Below are positions 14,501-27,223 of a DNA stretch of 40,631 nt, piece by piece. Source of the stretch: Proteromonas lacertae (taxonomy: Eukaryota); NCBI GenBank assembly GCA_002245135.1, contig NGBS01001172.1, positions 124,001 to 164,631 on the forward strand, in the 5' to 3' direction. The notes below the pieces were generated by a model that made no database searches, had not been told where the DNA came from, and saw only the letters and a program-made list of their open reading frames with translations. Numbering within the stretch: position 1 is the stretch's first letter; each line of letters opens with the position of its first letter. Position numbers and translations under genes: made by a program.

Positions 14501-14661
14501 ATAAACCTAAAGAAAAGCCTAATGGTTATAGAGATGTGTATAAAATGAAGAATAATAAACTAAACTCTGAGGATAATAATAATAAGGCTGTACCAAAACT
14601 ACCTGTTGTAGATGTAGTAACTGAAGAAGAACCACCAATTAAAGTGAAGAAAAGTAGAGAG

Positions 14662-14696
<35 letters not shown>

Positions 14697-14781
14697 ATAT
14701 AGTATTGCAAGAGAAATGGCAAGAAGAGCAATAGAAGTAGCAAGAGAACAGAAATTGAAAGAGAAAGGATTTCGTGGTTGA
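11521..14781 (+). CDS. Large low-complexity (P/E/N/Q-rich) protein with central EF-hand-like helical domain
   Basis: About 1070-aa frame; first ATG 11521; in-frame (TA)n intron ~14661-14702; globular-looking segment YEKELFALFNFY...NLAEFIKCLKDF...LTYEQFSLCFCKCM (~13060-13480). Confidence 0.75.
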
Positions 14782-14867
14782 TTTAATTTATTGTTATTAG
14801 TTAATATAAATTCCTTTATATTTATTGTTCAAATAATCATTTCTATTGTGAATTAATTAATATTTGT

Positions 14868-14875
14868 TGTTTGTT
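14868..14875 (+). promoter_or_regulatory. TGTTTGTT putative polyadenylation-associated element
   Basis: Exact TGTTTGTT 87 nt after the stop at 14781; matches the motif known downstream of Blastocystis poly(A) sites. Confidence 0.45.
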
Positions 14876-14944
14876 ATATGAAGTTTTTTAAAAATAAACA
14901 AAAAATTCATAATAACATGAATATTATCTATTATTTTATTATTT

Positions 14945-16434
14945 CTATTTAGGAATTAATTCTTCTTCATTTTCATGTTGTGGAGGATCTTTTGGTCTGA
15001 ATAAGAATATCAATAGAAAGGATAAGGTTGTACAAACACCAACCATTATGAAAATACCTTGTAAACCAACTGCAGACATTAAAGACTGTGAAAATATAGC
15101 AGAAGCAAGACTTGCAACAACTATTCAAATAATAATAAATAAAATAATATAATTACTTTGAGATGTGAATATCATTCCATAAATAACACTAAAATACTTC
15201 TGTCCAAATGTATTAGCAGTGGTAGTTGGGAATAAAGCAAACATTCCTCCAATACAGAAGTATATTAATGAAACATATCCATCATACACCACTTTATTCT
15301 TCATGAAGTAGAATGTATATTGACAAATCATCATCAATAATAATATACAAGACATTGTATAATGAAAACCGATCGAATCACCAACAGAACCCCAAATGAT
15401 TCTACCAGCAGCATTAAATACTGAAGAGATTGATCCAACCCATGTTAAAAACTGATCATCAGTTGTTACTCTATCAGATCCTTCTTGCTATACATTCAAT
15501 AAAATAAAAAGAAATAATGTATATTATATACTTTCCAATAAGATGATGTAATAGTAACAGCAACTCCTCCAAAGGCAAACATTGCCCATTCAACCCAAAA
15601 TGCCAATGTTTTCAATACTTCACCTGGTTTATAATACTTATCAATAGTTGTTCTTGGAGATACAAAATCTAGTAAAGAAGGTCGTTTTTCACCATCTTCT
15701 AATCCTTCATCTGATTTTACAGGTTTTACATCTTCAGGAGTATATCCTTCTGGAGGCGATGTTATTAATATCCATCCAATTATCTGCATACATAGATAAG
15801 TACCACCTAAAATTAAGAATAACTTGGGAATATTTTTCACTTGTTCATCTGAATAAAAACCATCTTCAGCTGGTTTTTCATTGTTTGGATTAATGATTGC
15901 TAATTGTACTTGATTGAATATAAATGAACCAGCACCAAATCCAGCAACAATAATTCCATTCACTAATCCTTTGTGATTTGGTAACCACTTCATTGAGACT
16001 GACATTGGAGTACTGTAGGTAATACCAACACCACATCCTGTCATAAATCCATATACTATTGTAAATGGCCAAAAACTCTTGCACAAAGCTGATGATATTA
16101 AAACACTTCCACTCATTATTAAACATCCTAGTCCAAGTGAATATTTTGGACCAAATCGTTTTTCTATTTTCCCTCCCATCCACATACAGCATGCCTATGC
16201 GATATTAGAAGAATTTTAAAAATACTTGTCCTGTAATAGCTAATGCAAATGGCCATGTATATACACTTTTAGTAATATCCTAAATTATATTAGTTTCAAA
16301 CATACTGGACTTCCATGATGCTTAACGTATGAAATTAAATACAACGTCAAGTTTCCCCATGTATACACGGTTCCTAGAGTAAGATGGATTAATACACCAC
16401 CTAATAATGCGGCTATTGCTCTCCAATGTATCAT
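14945..16434 (-). CDS. MFS transporter, oxalate:formate antiporter (OFA/MCT-like) family, 5 exons
   Basis: IHLTLGTVYTWG, GCGVGITYSTP, KWLPNHKGLVNGIIVAGFGAGSFIF, FNAAGRIIWG, FALFPTTTANTFG; short introns join ORFs; TAG 14945-14947. Confidence 0.88.
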
Positions 16435-16683
16435 TTCAGATATGGGAATACAAATCAATGGATACGAAAATTTTCGTTCATATTAAAAGCACCAGGTGCT
16501 CTATGAAAAATTGCAATTGATTCTATGTGATGAATTTGAATATATGAACATGTTTTATAAATAATACACTGCAATCATACACTGACTCACTCATAATGCG
16601 AAAATATTCTATTTCTGCTAATTTTGATCGTTTCAAAATTATTGAAAAGAGTTTATTTCTTTTTAAACCAGCTTTTATACAGA

Positions 16684-18013
16684 ATGGATGATAAGAGAAA
16701 AACAGAACTGCTAGAAGCTTTACCTTTAAGTGAAATACGCAGCATTTGTGAGGATTTTGATATAAAGTGTAAATCAAGCATTAGATTTTATATAATAAAA
16801 GATATTTTAGGATTATATGAAGGTATATACACATTATACAAACATTATATAGAGTGGAATAATGAATGATGTTAAAGTAACAGAAAGAATAAGAGCCGCT
16901 TATATGCTCACATCAACTAAGATTAAACAAGAAGTGCAGCAGAAATTTTATCGAGCTAAAAACATACCTCCAGGAAATATAATTTGTAATAAATGCAAAA
17001 ATCCTGATAATTTACTACCGCTTATACAATGTGCCACATGTGGATGTTGGTACCATGGTGATTGTGTGAAAATACCACAGTCATACCTATCCAATCCACC
17101 AGAAAATATAGCTCAAGGTAAATGGAATTGTAAATGGTGTTATGAAAATAATGTAGATCCTTTTAATCAAATACAACAATATCTTACTAGTTTTATGCTA
17201 GATAGAAACTATTTAATCACTCAAGTTACCTTCAATATAAATCAACAAAATCTAAAGACAATAATAGAGAATAAATATTCAATAGTAATACGCCTGTATG
17301 ATATATATAATGGCAATGATAAGATAGATTATGATAATTTGATTGTACAAATAAATGGTCAAACTATAAGAATAGATGATAGTAGAATATACAAGTTCTT
17401 AAAATGTGATACAAATAACCTTCAATTTAGATATAAAACAATCCCTTCTAATGTAATATATAGTGGATCAGTGTTGTGTACAAAGTTATATAGAACAAAT
17501 CAGCTAGTACAAATGATTAGAACTGAGAAATGCTTTAATTTAGAAAATTCAACTAAATTTGTGAAATCTTTTTTTAAGAGTGATGATGATGGTGCTAATC
17601 TTGTACATTTGGATATTTCTACACATTGTCCTTTAGGCTTGACTAGGATTCAAACTCCTGTAAGAGGATTATATTGTAAACACATTCAATGCTTTGATTT
17701 ATACAATTATTTGTCATTAAACAATATCAATTCTAAATGGATATGTCCTGTATGCAACCATTATTGTCCATTTAGTAAGATTTTTGTTGATCCGTTTTAT
17801 AATGATATATTGAAGTCAAATGGAGAAATTATTAGAATAAAACCTGATGGAAGTTGGGAAGTTGAAGAAGAAGAAGAGAGAGAGGAGGAAAATGAAGATA
17901 ATGAGATAGAGAAGAGAAAGATTGAAGTTATTGATATTATTGATATTGATGATGATGATGATGATGAAGTAAATAGAAGTAATATACAACCCAACAAATT
18001 AGTAAAAATATAA
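16684..18013 (+). CDS. SIZ/PIAS-type SUMO E3 ligase (SAP-like + PHD + SP-RING/MIZ + acidic SIM)
   Basis: PHD CNKC...IQCATCGCWYHGDC...WNCKWC; SP-RING CPLGLTRIQTPVRGLYCKHIQCFD...WICPVC; SIM IEVIDIIDIDDDD; upstream SAP-like exon LEALPLSEIRSICEDFDI (junction phase problematic, see findings). Confidence 0.85.
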
Positions 18014-18065
18014 TTTGAAAAAACTAATTCTAATTTATTATACACTAAATAACTTGATTATTGAT

Positions 18066-18680
18066 TTATATAAGCTCTCTTTTCGGCTTTGCAACTATTT
18101 CTTGATATATTGCTGGCATTGCAGCTAACATCATCTGATATACTTGTTCAGCTCCTTCATCAGTATCTTTACAATAATAAAAATCTGGAACTTCTCTTGG
18201 TAGATTTGTTGATGGAGGAAAATACTCGCTAATTAACTTGATTGGAGTTAATCCTCCATTCATTCCATATCGAGCTTTTAAATCTTCTATTCCACGTCTA
18301 TCCTCTCTATACATAATAAATAAATGACATGAGTTATACTCATCAAAGCAAATAATAACTGTGCTAGTTGAAATATCAATTTTTGTGCCAATATGAGAAT
18401 GGTTCTGCGAAATATCAAATCCATGTTTACGAGCTATTTTTTGAGCACTTGGATGCGGAAGTTCGCCATAATGCAAAAAAGATGTTCCAAAATTCTTCAC
18501 AGTCACACCTAACTCAGGTGGAACTGGACTACCTTTTAAATACAACTGTAATAAACCAGCACACAAAGGAGAGCGATCAATATTTGAATACGACACGAAT
18601 GTATATGTTTTGAATCTGGTAGGTTCTATTACAACCTTCTTCTTCTTCTTCTTCTTCTTACCTTTCTTTTTTAAAGGCAT
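18066..18680 (-). CDS. Low-molecular-weight PTP homolog, probable pseudophosphatase, with polybasic N-terminus
   Basis: FVSYSNIDRSP aligns to the P-loop FVCxGNICRSP; VPDFYY aligns to DPYY; in-frame 33-nt intron 18307-18339. Confidence 0.75.
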   Translation of the reverse strand: MPLKKKGKKKKKKKKVVIEPTRFKTYTFVSYSNIDRSPLCAGLLQLYLKGSPVPPELGVTVKNFGTSFLHYGELPHPSAQKIARKHGFDISQNHSHIGTKIDISTSTVIICFDEYNSCHLFIMYREDRRGIEDLKARYGMNGGLTPIKLISEYFPPSTNLPREVPDFYYCKDTDEGAEQVYQMMLAAMPAIYQEIVAKPKRELI

Positions 18681-18767
18681 TTTTCAATTTTAATAAAAAA
18701 ACGTCTCTTGGTTTATGAAAATTTTCGTTTACTCAATTTTAAAAAACAAAACAAAAAAACATATAGA

Positions 18768-21158
18768 CTAGTGAAAATAACAAATAATAATAATAGAAAT
18801 TACTACTACCACTATACTGATTACCAATAATGAATTTTTATTGCTTTTCTCTTTTGTTATAGTTAATTTTTCAACTTCTTTCACTTCATGATCTTTACAA
18901 TTCAATAAAATATAAACATTATCTTTATTCATCTTTATACCTAACGGAATTGCAGTTTTTCTTGCATCACAGCATCTCCATTTTTCTTCTTTTTCACCAC
19001 ATTTACAACTCACTTTTACTTCTTCATTACAATTCAATATTCCATTACATTTACCTTTATGACATTTTTCATTGCAATAATGACCACATGGCAACTTTTT
19101 CATACATATATTATCACAACAGCAAATAGATTCATTATTATCATTTATATATTCAATATATTCACTACATTTCAATTTTATATCATTTTTACCACAATAA
19201 CATTTAAGCGAATAAATAACATCACATTCTGGACATTCTCCACTGTGGCATTTTCCTATTTTACACTCATGCTTACATTTACGTATTTTCATACATTTCA
19301 TATTGCATTCTTCACAGCAACAATCATATTCATCAATTGTTTTTATTTCTGGATAGTTTATATTGTGACATTTTAATTGGCATTTCTATAATAACAATAA
19401 TTAATAATTATATATATATATATTATATACGTGATTTCCACATTTCAATAGTTTATTACATTTTCCATCACAACTAAAATACTTTTGATCAGAACATTTC
19501 ATTTCTTTTGAGATATGATTTCCAACACATTTTCTACTCACTTTAACACTACATAATTCACAATCTTCTTTAATATATCTAATTTCATCTCTTTCTAAAT
19601 AATTTCTTAAATCTTTACTCTTCTCTGGATCTATTACTATTGCATCATGACACATCTTTGGACATAAATGATTACATCCTTTTAATGGTAATTGACATGG
19701 TAAATTACACTGTGGACAACTTCCTTTGTGACATAAATGATATTGTATTTCTTTATGATGACATAAAGATGGTTTTCTACATCTCATTATACATCGAATA
19801 TCATAATTATTATTAAATTTATTATAAGCAATACATGGAATTGTAATTCGAGTATATCCACAATCACAGCTAATTTCATATTTTTCTTTACAATCATCAC
19901 ATTTACCACTATGGCATTTACTCTTACATCGATGTTTACCACAGTTTAATATTTTATCACATATCAATTCACATATATGATTATTTTCATTATTATTACA
20001 ACATTTCTTATTACATTTATGTCTTCCACAGTTTTTCATTGTATTACATTTTATATTACATCGAAATATTTCATTACTACAAATCACCTCTTTTGTAGTT
20101 TTGCCACATAAACATTGTTTCTTAATTACTTTATAACATTTATCACAATCTCCATAATGACATTTTCTTTCACAATAATGAAGATTACAAGATAATAACT
20201 AAAATAATAAAAAATAAAAAATAAAAAATGAAATTTATATTTTATACTTTATTACATATATTATCACATGTTGGAACTTCTTCTTCTAAACAATTATAAT
20301 GAACATATTTCGTTTTACTGCATGGACAATATCTTTCTTCATATAATTCACATTTTTTACATTCACCAATTTTGTGACATTTTAAATCACATTTATGATT
20401 TCCACATTCTAACATTTTATTACAAATTCTATCACATTGAAAACTATTAATATTACAGCTTACTTCTTTTGTTTCATTTCCGCAATTACATGTTATTGTA
20501 TGAGTTTTGTTACATTTTATACAATTACCAGGATGACATTTTAATATACATCGATGTCCACATTCTAAAACTTTATTACAGATTTCTGTACAGAAAAATT
20601 CATGTTTTTCATTTCCACATATTATTTCTTTACTGTTTTTACCACAATAGCATTTTATTTCTATTTTTTCACTACATTTATTACATTCATCTTTATGACA
20701 AATCTTTTTACAATTATGACCACATTTTAACACCTTCCCACAGACTTCTCCACAGATATTTCCATTGTGTTTACTATTCATATCATATATATGTTTTCCA
20801 CAGTAACAACTACATTTGGCTTCTTCAGAATATTCAAATCGACAATTTGGACTATTGCATTATTATTCATTCAATATATACCAGTACCATGTTTTAGAGG
20901 AATATACATCTTCACTATTTACATTTGGCATATTAACAACGAGATATGTCTTCAGATTATTCTTTGACCTATATTAAAATATATACATGTATTATACCAT
21001 TCAAAAATGCATTTATAATGAAATAATACTCTACAACAATGACAACTCCATATCAAATCAGTATCTTCTATCTACTTACAATAGATTCATGCATGATATA
21101 CTCCTTCTAAACAAATTAAACATGATACAGAAGATATAACTCTTTCTGCCATTTTCAT
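18768..21158 (-). CDS. NF-X1-type zinc-finger protein (NFXL1-like) with RING and C-terminal TM anchor, 6 exons
   Basis: N-terminal CLICL...IWSCHCC...FHYKCIFEW...WYCPNCR; many CGxHxCxxxCHxGxC repeats; hydrophobic tail LLVISIVVVVISIIIICYFH; start 21158 or 21152. Confidence 0.9.
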
Positions 21159-21201
21159 TCAGAAATTGAGTAACGAATATATTTTTGAAACAATCCAAAA
21201 A

Positions 21202-23964
21202 ATGTCTTTGAAAAATGAAGGTATTGCTGATTATTTAAAAATGCGATATAACATTGATTGTAATGTATGAATAATGAATAATATGAAAATAGGATTATAA
21301 GGTGTTAAGAGAGAGAATAACTGAGTTGAGTGTTTTTAGCAAAAGTGATACGAAAGTGTTAAAAATATTGAAAGTAGATAATGTAAGAAAGCCATTACTA
21401 AGACGTATTGAGGATAAATACTTTTTGATGAGTGATTTTTCTGTTCAAATCATTATACCATCTCGCATATTTATTGATGAATTAAACAAATATATGTTAT
21501 TGGAGAGAGAATGTTATACACGAGATTTAGAAGAAATGATTCAAAATAACACATTATCAGACAATAAGATAGATATAATGATATGTTCATTATGTGATAT
21601 GTTGATGATATTGAGTGAAAATGACTTAGTAGTAGATAATTTGAAGAGTAGTAACATAATTATGGAAAATGATAGAATCAAGTTATGTGATTTATACTTA
21701 AACACATTCAGAAAGGAAGAAGATATGAGGTTGTATGATATGTGCTTTAAAACCCCAGAAGAATTGAATGGTTTGGAATATGATGAGAGAAGTGTGATTT
21801 GGTCAATTGGTTGTATATTATATGAAATGATTTGTAAGAAATTACCATTCAATGAAGATAATAATATGAATAAAACTCTGAGTAATATTATGAGATGTAA
21901 ATACAGTTTAGATGTAGAATGTGATAATATGATGAAAGAGATGATAGACAGAATATTAAAAATGAAAAGTGAAGATAGAATGAGTTTAAAAGAGTTGAAA
22001 AAAGAGATGATAAAAATAAGTGAAATATTGAGAGATGAAGGTGATAATTTGATGATATATGAAGAAAGAAAAGAGTTATTGTTTAATAATGATAATGCAA
22101 TTATTACACTTCCTATTATCCAGAATATTGTCTTGATAGTCTTAATTGGTTATCACATCTAGATGAATTGATAAAATACTATAATCATAATCCAAATGAA
22201 AGAATATTATTATTATTATTGATGATGGAATTATATAAAAGAGATAAATCAATTTATGATAAACTGAAATTTCAAATCCATCATCATTGTAAAGAAGGAT
22301 TAAAAGAATGTTATTTAGATAAAATGTTATTTAATATAAAAAGAGATAGATATATTAATGAGATTAGATACATAATAAATACACACAGCATGTGTTTATG
22401 TGAAGAAGGAATCAATTATTTCTTTAGTATAATGAAACAATTTAATCCTGTAATACTCCAATTATGTGAGTTTAGTGTTGCAATCCAACTTCAACCATTA
22501 TTAGCATCTTATTTGTCAAGATTATCAAATTTAAAAGTCTTAGATTTATGGATTTGTAATCTTAACTTTTATTTTGTTGAATCATTAGTTAAATCAATTC
22601 CATTCATGAAATAGCAAATCCAATTGGTCCAAAAGGGTTCAGATTGTTACTTCCATATTTATATTTATTAATTAATGAGAAAAACGAATTATATTTAAAA
22701 GAAATGAATTTAAATGACGAATCAATGATGTTATTATCAGAAGAGTTATATAAATATCCAAATCTTTACAGTATAGATATTAAAAATAATAAAAATATTC
22801 ATTCAAGAGGATTTAAAGTTTTATTTTCAATATTTCTAATTTCAAATATCAAATTTGATTTTAATGGAAGTAAAGAATTACTGATAGATAAAGACATTCC
22901 AACTTACAACTGGATTAAAATATCTATTAGATGGTTTAAAGAAGATTAATGAAAAGATAAAGCTTAATATAAGTAGCAATGAAATAGATTCAGATGGAAT
23001 AGAATATCTGATGAATTATATGAAAGAAAATGGCAATATTGATGGGTAATTATTCATAGTATATTTATTATGAATTATATTCTTTAATTAGACAATCCAA
23101 TTGGTAACGATGGATTTAAATTATTTGAAAACGATTTAAAAATGTTTTATTGTATTAGAATGGATATGAATAATATATGTATAGATGATAAAAGTGTAGA
23201 ATTATTAGAAGATAAAATAGATTCAATTTTATGCGAAAAAATTAATCTAAATGGAAATAACATAACAATAAGTGGATTAAAATTAATATGTAATAAATCA
23301 TTAGAAAAAGAAGAATATCCATTTATAAACATGAAATGTTCATCATGGACAAATGAAGAATTGGAGTATTATTTGAATTATTGTATTAAGAAGAAAGGAA
23401 GAGTTTATAGAAATTATGATTTTTCAAGTATAAATTCTGATAATATATCTTCAAATAGATTTAAATATCAATGATTCTCATATTTCATTAATTAAACAAA
23501 TTTATTATGAGAAATTAGATTTATCCAACAATAACATTACTTCAACAGGATTAATAGAATTAATGAAGTGTTTAAAAAATTGTTCAGAAAAGTATATATC
23601 AATATTTAATAATCCAATTGGAGATGAAGGAATAGAGATAATTTGTAAAAATATAGATATATTTATTGATTATCCATCAGTATTAAATCTCTCATGTATT
23701 GGTATGAGTGAAAAGGGATTAATAACATTAATAAAAAGATTAAAAAATTATGAGCCATTAAGAAAGATAAATTTATCAGGAAATGTATTAAATGAAAGAG
23801 AATTGAGGATAATGAAAGAAAATGAAGAATTATTTGATTGTTTAGAAGAATTATCAATAACAGTGAAAGAAGATATAGATAGATCTATATTAGAATCATT
23901 TTTAGAAACATTTTCATCAATTGAAATAATACATTTAGATGGAATAAATAAAGATGTTATATAA
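21202..23964 (+). pseudogene. Pseudokinase + RI-like leucine-rich-repeat gene with about 3 frameshifts (pseudogene or assembly indels)
   Basis: Kinase fold with VDNLKSSN, KLCDLY, KTPEE, IWSIGCILYEM; LRRs such as LDLSNNNITSTG, IFNNPIGDEG, INLSGNVL. Introns 21265-21292, 22556-22614, ~23428-23458 work, but frame breaks at ~22105, ~22900 and ~23045 have no usable GT-AG intron. Confidence 0.6.
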
Positions 23965-24253
23965 CAATTATGCAACAAAATATAATAAATATGATTGTTG
24001 TTATATTTAATGTGTATGACAAAATTAATTAAAACCATCAACACTACAATTTAATATTTCCTATTTCAGTAAAATGTGTTGCTAATATTTACAACAGACT
24101 AATATAAAAAACACTACACTGATAGCAGACAAGAATTAGATTGACTGAGTCATCTCATTATCATAAAGCTACTGAGAAAAAATGAATTGTATCAAGCTTA
24201 AACTTGATTAAAATTGACCATAATGTGTGGACAAAATTAGGTGCATTTTTTGA

Positions 24254-25236
24254 ATGTTTTTGATTTATTTTGTGTTAGTTTATTATTTATTACATATACA
24301 TGTTAGAGGCGAAGAGATAGTTGATAATATAGATATTAGAAACTATTTATCAAGTCAGAATCCTGTTTGGTTAGAAGAATCAAGTGAAATAGATAAAGCT
24401 ACAAAGAATTGGTATGATTACCCATTCAATGGTAATGGTAAAATTGGTGTTTTGTGTTATACAGAGAGTTTGGACCGATCTTCTTCATTAGTAGTTAAAA
24501 TAAGTAACAGTAATTTATTTAGATATACAAACACTTCTAGAGCAGTTAATGATGAAAAGTATATTGTTTTTATTAATATATAGCCAAAATGATCAGCAGC
24601 GAGTTCCTGTTGGTAATTTACTTATAAAAGTATCAGGAAAAATGAATAGTAGTGATATAAGAATAATACTTTATGATGGAAGTATAGAAGGGTATTTAAA
24701 TACAACATTAGGAAGTCTTACCTTTGTTTTATATGTTGATTATGTATATGATGTAATTAGAGTCAGTATAAAGACAGGTGGAAATGAAAAGTCACCTCAA
24801 ATATCATTTGATTACAATAATTCGATAAAATATAAAAATATTGAGATAGGTATAAAAGAAATAGAATCTAAGAATTATTACTATAATTATTTCCAATTAA
24901 AAAACTTAGAAGAATATTCAGTAGTTTATAGTTATGAACAAGTAAAAGTAAATCATATAGAATATTATATCACAATAAGTGATATGTATAGTGAAAGTAA
25001 ATCCTCAAAAGATGCTGGTATAAAAACAATAAGAGAATATATAAAAGAAAATACAAATAATAATATATTATATGAAAAACATAAAGAGAAATGGAATAAA
25101 TATTTTTCAAAGAGTTATCTATCAATGAGTGATAAAAGATTGGAGGGTTTCTATTGGATAGAATTATATAAGATGAGATGTACAATAAGATGTAAAAATG
25201 ATAAGAATAGTTTGATAGATAATATGGGAATGTATA

Positions 25237-25290
<54 letters not shown>

Positions 25291-26803
25291 GAATAGATGG
25301 TATGTGAGTGATAAATATCCTAAAATAGAAATAAATTATAAATTTATATTAAAATATATTCCATTGTTGACTACTATTAATGATAATGAGTTATTTCAAT
25401 CATTTATAGATGTAATAGAAGAGAATAAGGATGAATTATTAGATTCTGTTCCTTCAAACTATAAAGATGATTCAATGTGTTTAAATAGGAATATAAATTG
25501 GTTTTTAGAATCTGAATGTAGTAGTAGTTTATATAACAATTGTAGTATTTCTGGAACTTTAGGAAATTTAAATTTAGTTTCATTTTTATTGTGGAAGTAT
25601 TATCAATATACATTGAATAATACATTTCTAGAGAATACATTGTATCCAATTCTAACTAAATCTACTAATTATTATTTACATTTCACTAACATAAGAGATG
25701 ATGATCATGATGGTGATATATATCATATAATAGTAAAAGATACAAACGAGTATGATTTGAATAGAGATATTTCCTTATTGAGATGGAGTTGCAATACAAT
25801 AGTCCGAATTAGTTCAATATTAAGCCGAAATGATGAAATTACTACAAAATGTGAGAGTATTATACCAAATCTTACAAATTATACAATTGATTCAGATGAT
25901 GATTTATTTAAGTATAAATCTGTAGATGATCTATTTATGTTTTATCCATTGAATATGATAAACTATGAAGATGAAAGTAAAGAAGATAAGAAGGTGATAA
26001 AAAACACCATAAATCATTTCATTAATACAGAAGTGAGTGATGTTCCATCATCTATTGTAATGTCATCAATTCTATCTCAATATTTACCTGAAGAAAAGAA
26101 CAATTCAATGAAATTACTGTTGAGATTATTAGATTCATCAAAAATAGGATTGTCTACAATGTCTTTGGATGGAGATAATGAACCTGATATATCATCTTCA
26201 CTGGGATACATCACTGCCTTAAGGAATATGATTCTTTATAGTGATAAGAATAATATAGTGAATATATTCCCCATTAGAGTGAATGAAACAAAAAGTGTTA
26301 CTTTTAAGAACTTTAGGGTTGAAAATGGTTTTATTATTTCTGGTGAAATGAGAGAGTTTCAGACTCAATGGATTAATATAAAGTCTACAATTGTTGATGG
26401 AAATATTACAATAGAAGTTGATGATTTGGATGATATTGATTATGAACCTAAGAATAGAAATATTATTACTAAAATTGAGAAAAATAGGTTTTTAGTGTTT
26501 TTGAAAGTTAATGAAAGTATAACATTATATCCAAAAGGAACAACTCCAGAAATAGCAATTCACTATGTTTCTGATCATAAAAGGCAATTAAATTATTGGG
26601 GTTCGAAAAATAAACCTTTTCCTATACCCGATTTTCCAGAGATAAAGATAGAATCAAATCCTGAACAGTTTGACACTTCCATTTATTCTGTTTGTATCAT
26701 TTTTACATTGACTGGATCTACTCTTATATATGTATCTATATCAATGAGGAGAAATTCAAGACTGAGAAAGAAATACACATCTATTCCTGATGAATTAGAA
26801 TAA
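24254..26803 (+). CDS. Type I membrane protein resembling GH95/alpha-L-fucosidase-related glycoside hydrolases, 3 exons
   Basis: Signal peptide; PFNGNGKIG, RVPVGNL, HKEKWNKYFSKSYLS, LEGFYWIELYK, LYPIL, DISLLRW, IFP...FKNFRVENGFIISG; C-terminal TM plus basic tail; introns 24559-24583 and 25232-25296. Confidence 0.65.
25238..25290. repeat. (TTA)n microsatellite inside an intron
   Basis: About 17 perfect TTA units expand the intron to 65 nt and create the spurious poly-Leu in the ORF track. Confidence 0.95.
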
Positions 26804-26955
26804 TATATATATATATATATAACGATGTTCTTAATATATATTTATGTTTATTAATTATATAGTTTAATATAATACAACAAAAATGAAATTAAGATCTCAG
26901 ATAATAAATATTAATTACAGATTTGTGATTAATTACACAGATTAAGAATATTATT

Positions 26956-27184
26956 TTAAATACCTATATTTCTTTTATGAGTCAATATATATTTCTGTGA
27001 ATAAGGACTTATATATTTATTTCTCACCTGCCTTTTTCTCATATGATCATAATTCGATGAAGCGACAGATTGTATAGGCACAGGTGGTGGTTCTTCTTGA
27101 ATCTTCTTACCCATTGGATCAACATTCAAATGCATGGATTGCACTGGAACAGGCTGTTGTGATTTTCTCATTGAATTATTATAC

Positions 27185-27223
<39 letters not shown>

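Noticed and set aside
18900..20800. Regularly spaced ACA/TGT-rich repeats resembling an array
   Set aside because: Cys/His codons of NF-X1 zinc-finger repeats; not CRISPR or satellite DNA
22090..23090. Non-canonical (GG/GA/GC donor) introns or general stop-triggered frameshifting explaining frame breaks
   Set aside because: All well-supported introns are GT-AG; the breaks share no common signal, and the protein-like frame switches well before the stops at two sites
24050..24250. Possible snRNA/snoRNA in the intergenic gap (hairpin ATCAAG/CTTGAT, minus-strand AGTGTAGT resembling the U2 branch-pairing region)
   Set aside because: No match to the rest of U2 or to paired C/D boxes; single short stem
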